DNA of 64,000 bases, taken from NCBI GenBank assembly GCA_036637795.1, contig JAVWLU010000008.1, positions 1,823-65,822 of the forward strand. The letters are read 5' to 3'. The translations under genes were made by a program, and so were the position numbers. Positions 59,536-64,000 of the stretch are shown piece by piece (the first letter of the stretch is position 1; each line of letters opens with the position of its first letter). The DNA comes from Clostridium sp. (GTDB taxonomy: Bacteria; Bacillota; Clostridia; Clostridiales; Clostridiaceae). A model generated the notes under the pieces. The model ran no database searches, was not told the DNA's origin, and was given only the letters and a program-made list of their open reading frames with translations.

Positions 59536-60304
59536 AATGAGTGATAAGTTAATAATTGGTGGAGTTGAATTAAGCAATAGATTATTTGTTGGAACAGGGA
59601 AGTATCCTTCAAATAAATTAATTAAAGATGTTTTAGAAAATAGTGGGTCAGAGGTAATTACCTTGGCAATAAGAAGAGTTGATTTAGATAATAAGGAAGA
59701 AGATATTCTAAGCAATATTCCTAAGAATGTTATACTTCTTCCAAATACATCAGGAGCAACTAATGCAGAAGAAGCAATAAGAATAGCTAGGATTGCAAGG
59801 GCAATGGGGTGTGGAAATTGGATTAAGATAGAAGTTATATCAGATTCAAAATATCTATTACCTGATAATGAAGAAACTATAAAAGCAACAAAGGTACTAG
59901 CTGATGAAGGGTTTATAGTTTTACCATATATGTGTCCAGATCTTTATGCAGGTAGAAGGCTAATTGAAGCTGGTGCAGCGGCAGTTATGCCACTTGGAGC
60001 TCCTATTGGTAGTAATAGAGGTTTAAAAACTAAAGAACTTATTCAAATTATGATAGATGAATTAGATATCCCAATTATAGTTGATGCAGGAATTGGTAAG
60101 CCATCACAAGCTATGGAAGCTATGGAGATGGGCGCGGCAGCATGTTTAGTTAATACTGCTATAGCATCATCAAAAGATCCAAAAGGAATGGCTAGAGCAT
60201 TTAAGTTAGCTGTTGAAGGTGGAAGACTTGGATACCTTTCTAAATTTGGTGGGGTATCAGAAGAAGCAAATGCTTCATCACCATTAACAGGATTTTTAAA
60301 GTAG
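59528..60304 (+). CDS. thiG: thiazole synthase (start may be ATG 59537)
   Basis: [34 protein letters not shown]. Confidence 0.96.
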   Translation: MSKMSDKLIIGGVELSNRLFVGTGKYPSNKLIKDVLENSGSEVITLAIRRVDLDNKEEDILSNIPKNVILLPNTSGATNAEEAIRIARIARAMGCGNWIKIEVISDSKYLLPDNEETIKATKVLADEGFIVLPYMCPDLYAGRRLIEAGAAAVMPLGAPIGSNRGLKTKELIQIMIDELDIPIIVDAGIGKPSQAMEAMEMGAAACLVNTAIASSKDPKGMARAFKLAVEGGRLGYLSKFGGVSEEANASSPLTGFLK

Positions 60305-60313
60305 GTGTATGAT

Positions 60314-61417
60314 ATGAGTTTTTATGATGTAATAGAAAAATATAGAGGTTTTGATTTTAAATCATATTTTGAAAATGTAACTAGAGATGATGTTGAAAGA
60401 AGTATTAAGTCTAATAATTTAACAGAAGAGGATTTATTAAATATATTATCACCAAAAGCTGAGGAGTTTTTAGAAGATATGGCTCAAAAGGCTAGAGATT
60501 ACACATTAAAGTATTCAGGTAGAACAATACTTTTATATACTCCAATGTATATATCAAATTATTGTGTAAATAAATGTGCTTACTGTGGATATAATGTTGA
60601 AAATAAAATCCACAGAAAGAAATTAACTTTAGAAGAGGTAAGAAATGAAGGTAAGGCAATATCAGATGAAGGCTTTAAACATTTATTACTATTAACTGGT
60701 GAAAGTGAATACCATAGTCCTGTAAATTATATTGCAGATAGTGTAAGAGAATTAAAAGAGTATTTCCCATCTATATCAATAGAAGTTTATCCAATGACTA
60801 CAGAAGGATACAAAGAAGTAGTTGATGCTGGAGTTGAAGGTTTAACAGTTTATCAAGAAACTTATAATGAAGAAGTATATGACAAAGTTCATTTAAGTGG
60901 ACCAAAGAAAAACTTTAAAAATAGATTAGATGCACCAGAAAGAGGATTAAAAGCTGGGATGAGAAGTATTGGATTAGGTGCATTACTTGGACTTTCAGAT
61001 TTTAGAGAAGATGCATTTTTTGTTGCTATGCATGGTAAGTATTTACTTAAAAAGTATCCACATGTAGAACTATCCTTTGGACCACCAAGAATAAGACCTT
61101 GTGTTGGAGGATTAGAAGATATTAAAGAGGTAACAGATAGAAATCTAGTACAAGTTATGTTAGCTTATAAATTATTTTATCCTCAAGGGGGATTAAACAT
61201 TACAACAAGAGAAGATAATGAACTAAGAAAATCATTAATTCCACTTGGAGTAACTAAAATGAGTGCAGGAGTATCTACAGAGGTTGGTGGTAGAACTTTA
61301 AATGATTTTGGAGAAGCACAATTTAATATTAGTGATGAGAGTACTACAGAAGAAGTAAAAGAACTAATAAAAGAATGTGGATATCAACCAATATTTAAAG
61401 ATTGGGTAAGGTTATAA
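60314..61417 (+). CDS. thiH: 2-iminoacetate synthase (radical SAM tyrosine lyase)
   Basis: CVNKCAYC, YQETY, thi operon context. Confidence 0.93.
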   Translation: MSFYDVIEKYRGFDFKSYFENVTRDDVERSIKSNNLTEEDLLNILSPKAEEFLEDMAQKARDYTLKYSGRTILLYTPMYISNYCVNKCAYCGYNVENKIHRKKLTLEEVRNEGKAISDEGFKHLLLLTGESEYHSPVNYIADSVRELKEYFPSISIEVYPMTTEGYKEVVDAGVEGLTVYQETYNEEVYDKVHLSGPKKNFKNRLDAPERGLKAGMRSIGLGALLGLSDFREDAFFVAMHGKYLLKKYPHVELSFGPPRIRPCVGGLEDIKEVTDRNLVQVMLAYKLFYPQGGLNITTREDNELRKSLIPLGVTKMSAGVSTEVGGRTLNDFGEAQFNISDESTTEEVKELIKECGYQPIFKDWVRL

Positions 61418-61418
61418 A

Positions 61419-61958
61419 ATGGTATATTTAATAACTAATAGGAGCTTAGCATCAGAAGATAGGTATTTAGAAGTAATAAAAAAAGCTTCATACGACAGAG
61501 TTGAAAATATAATACTTAGAGAAAAAGATTTATCAGATGAAGAATTCAAAGAATTATATTATAAAGTTAAGAAGTTAATAAATCCTAAATGTAACCTCAT
61601 AATTAATTCTAAAATAAATGTATTTAATAAAGTTGGAGAAAAAATAATTCACTTACCATTTAAAGATTTCATGGAATATGAAATTCCAACTGGAGTTAAG
61701 GTTGGTGTTTCTGTTCATACGTTAGAAGCGGGAATAGAAGCATCAAAGAAAGGTGCAGAATATATTTTAGCATCTCATATTTATGAAACTAAATGCAAAG
61801 AAGGATTAAAGCCAAAAGGCATAGAGTTTATAAAAGAATTAAAAGAAAAAGTAGATTGCAAAATAATAGCACTAGGTGGAATTAATAAAATTAACTGTAA
61901 GGAAGTTATTGAAGCAGGTGCAGATGGTATTGCATTAATGTCATACTTCTTTAAATAA
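61419..61958 (+). CDS. ThiE/TenI-like protein
   Basis: ILREKD, GVSVH, CKEG, ALGGI; lacks the NDR and HLGQ motifs seen in the ThiE at 54360. Confidence 0.8.
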   Translation: MVYLITNRSLASEDRYLEVIKKASYDRVENIILREKDLSDEEFKELYYKVKKLINPKCNLIINSKINVFNKVGEKIIHLPFKDFMEYEIPTGVKVGVSVHTLEAGIEASKKGAEYILASHIYETKCKEGLKPKGIEFIKELKEKVDCKIIALGGINKINCKEVIEAGADGIALMSYFFK

Positions 61959-62010
61959 AAATAAACGATGAAGTAAATCAACAGTGATTTACTTCATCGT
62001 TTATTTATTT
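61955..62010 (+). terminator. terminator after the thi operon
   Basis: AAATAAACGATGAAGTAAATCA-acag-TGATTTACTTCATCGTTTATTT. Confidence 0.8.
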
Positions 62011-62084
62011 AAAAAAAATTTATTTTAAGTGATTAAAGCTTGTACATTGTGTCCATACTATAAGTATAGTAATAAATTAATGGG

Positions 62085-62495
62085 GTGGATGTAATGGAAT
62101 TAAGAGAAATAGAATCAATTAAAATAACTAATAGTCCATGTGGAAATTGTTATGGTAATACAGAATCATTAGAGTTAAATGAACTAGGTGAGATTAATCA
62201 TAATTATTACAATTATTCAGGTAATAAAGTAGTAAAGAATATTGATTATAAAGTTTCAGAACATGATATGAAAAGACTTTTTAAATATGCATTAAATCAT
62301 GTTGAAGTAGATAAGTGGGAGTCTTGTTACAATGATGAAGTAACAAATGGCCACAAGTGGGAATTTGAAGTAAGATACTCAGATAATAATACAAGCAAGA
62401 TATTAGGAAATGCAGGGGTTCCCCCTAAAGCTAATAAATTAATACAAGGAATTTTATCCTTGACTAATTTTAAAGCCGATCCTTGGATTTTTTAA
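62085..62495 (+). CDS. hypothetical protein
   Basis: 136-aa ORF with CGNC motif; followed by a long hairpin. Confidence 0.6.
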   Translation: MDVMELREIESIKITNSPCGNCYGNTESLELNELGEINHNYYNYSGNKVVKNIDYKVSEHDMKRLFKYALNHVEVDKWESCYNDEVTNGHKWEFEVRYSDNNTSKILGNAGVPPKANKLIQGILSLTNFKADPWIF

Positions 62496-62769
62496 TAGGA
62501 ATAATATAGATTCCAATAGGATTAGATAAAAAGTAATAAAAGTTTGTAATCCTAAAATAATAGTCAATTATTAATTGAAAGCTAGAGATAGTAAATTATC
62601 TTTAATTTTCAAATTAGTAGTTGATTATTATTTTTTTACGCAAAATTTAATATTTTAAGAGAAAAATTAAAAAAGCTGAGTTAATATTCTGAAAATTCTT
62701 TGGATATAGGTTGAAAATGTGGTAAAATTATCTATAAAGGCATACGTAATAAAATTAGGGGGCTATTTT

Positions 62770-63186
62770 ATGAACTTAAGAAAAGTTGATCACATAACTA
62801 TTAAAAGTACAGACTATGAAAAAACTAAGACTTTTTATAAAGAATTAGGTTTCAAAATAGTTAAAGAACGCTATTTAGATAAGCAAAAAAGGCATGAGTT
62901 AAGTTTAAAACTTGGGGATAGTGAAATTGAAATAGTTGCATATCCAGAAAAGGAAGAAATGATTGAGGGCATAAATTTACATGGATTATCACATTTGTCT
63001 ATTGAAGTAGGTAATGTAGATGATGTAGTTAAAGAACTAAGAATAAAGGGTGTAGAAGTTGAAGATGTTAAATTAGATGAAGAAACAGCAAAGAAATATA
63101 CATTCTTTAAAGATCCAGATGGAATGTGGATAGAGTTGTATGAAGTTAGCATTTGGGAATATGCAACTCAAAACCAATATTTATAA
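62770..63186 (+). CDS. VOC/glyoxalase family protein
   Basis: DHITI, HLSIEV, FFKDPDG..IELYE. Confidence 0.88.
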   Translation: MNLRKVDHITIKSTDYEKTKTFYKELGFKIVKERYLDKQKRHELSLKLGDSEIEIVAYPEKEEMIEGINLHGLSHLSIEVGNVDDVVKELRIKGVEVEDVKLDEETAKKYTFFKDPDGMWIELYEVSIWEYATQNQYL

Positions 63187-63211
63187 GTAAGTATCATAAT
63201 AAATACCAATA

Positions 63212-63259
63212 AAAAATGGGTGTAATAAAATGATTTTTCATTTTATTACACCCATTTTT
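63212..63259. terminator. bidirectional terminator
   Basis: Perfect 22-bp inverted repeat AAAAATGGGTGTAATAAAATGA between convergent genes. Confidence 0.8.
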
Positions 63260-63387
63260 AATTAAGAATGTAAAATTTAAAATTAAGGAGGTAATTCCAA
63301 AGGAATTACTAAAATATAATATTATTTCAGAAACTCACCAAGGAGTTTCTTCCATCATTTTAAATTCTCAATTCTCAATTTTAAATT
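63260..63387. repeat. repeat family A, copy 5; overlaps the stop codon of the last gene
   Basis: Heptamer arms; GTAATTCC-aaa-GGAATTAC and GAAACTC/GAGTTTC hairpins. Confidence 0.82.
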
Positions 63388-64000
63388 ACTTAGGTAATGC
63401 TAATGATCCATCAGGAATCATATCTTTCTTCTTCATTAGTGTGTAGATTACATAAGAGATAACTCCAGGGATAATTACACATCCTACTATAAAACCAAGA
63501 ATTAAAGCTTTTGGTCCTTGAGTAGATAAGATGTTAAGCGGAGCAACAAATGAACATAATCCCATACCAGCGATTGATGTTTCAGCTGTTAAACCAAATC
63601 CAATAACAGCTATTGGAGCTGCTATTATAGAAGCTATTAGTGGTGGAACCATAACTTTTAAGTTCTTAGTAACATTAGGTAATTGAACCTTAGGTGTACA
63701 TAAGAATATAGCCATTAAACCACCCATATCATTTTCTTTATAAGACATAATAGTAAATCCAATGAACATTGCAGTACAACCAACTAATGCAGCAGCAGAT
63801 GCTTCACCATTTAATGATAATGCAACAGCTAATGCAACTGAAGATGCCGGAGACATAATTAAAATACCCCAAAGTACAGCAATTACAATTGATGATAATA
63901 ATAAGTTAGACTCAGTAGCACCAGTAATTATAGCACCAACTTGATTTAATATTGGAGTAATAACTCCAGATGCGTAGAATCCAAATAATCCACCTACTAA
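63386..64000 (-). CDS. PTS EIIC-like (PfoR/PfoS-type) membrane protein, 5' part outside the window
   Basis: SPASSVALA, AALVGC, TPKVQLPN, AGMG. Confidence 0.7.
   Translation of the reverse strand, partial: LVGGLFGFYASGVITPILNQVGAIITGATESNLLLSSIVIAVLWGILIMSPASSVALAVALSLNGEASAAALVGCTAMFIGFTIMSYKENDMGGLMAIFLCTPKVQLPNVTKNLKVMVPPLIASIIAAPIAVIGFGLTAETSIAGMGLCSFVAPLNILSTQGPKALILGFIVGCVIIPGVISYVIYTLMKKKDMIPDGSLALPK

Noticed and set aside
13581-63944. Many antisense or alternate-frame ORFs in the track (e.g. 13828-14361, 16816-17334, 31429-31812, 43462-43899, 52093-52332)
   Set aside because: They overlap well-supported genes, are Ser/Ile/Phe-rich shadow translations and lack RBSs.

Overview
Low-GC Firmicute chromosome segment, almost certainly a Clostridium-type organism; mostly core metabolism. 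In order: an orphan AgrA/LytTR regulator with cardiolipin synthase; an MCP; a sigma-54 glycerol/dihydroxyacetone locus (HPr-PAS-AAA+ activator, gldA, dhaKLM, two lipid-hydrolase-like genes); a 10-gene shikimate/Phe/Tyr operon; three small membrane proteins; a reverse-strand argGHCJBDF operon; an accessory stretch (XRE regulator, ABC exporter, GyrI fusion, Rpn nuclease, small ORFs); sdaAB/sdaAA; thiW-thiD-thiM-thiE; recQ; and a TPP-riboswitch-controlled thiSFGH operon. No rRNA, tRNA, CRISPR array or intact IS was seen. The best candidate for an undescribed system is a 44-codon leader ORF (13191-13325, below the ORF-track cut-off) upstream of the aro operon. It contains the run FFYFSFWGFYF, and its stop codon lies in a strand able to pair with the 5' arm of a downstream terminator. 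This is the layout of a ribosome-stalling attenuator reading Phe, Tyr and Trp together. Other leads: two families of structured non-coding repeats, an internal RBS and start in the Rpn gene (RpnS-type antitoxin), a TPP riboswitch with a 58-nt inserted hairpin, a structured argG leader and a frameshifted membrane gene. All family calls come from reading motifs by eye; no database search or folding program was run, so novelty is unverified.
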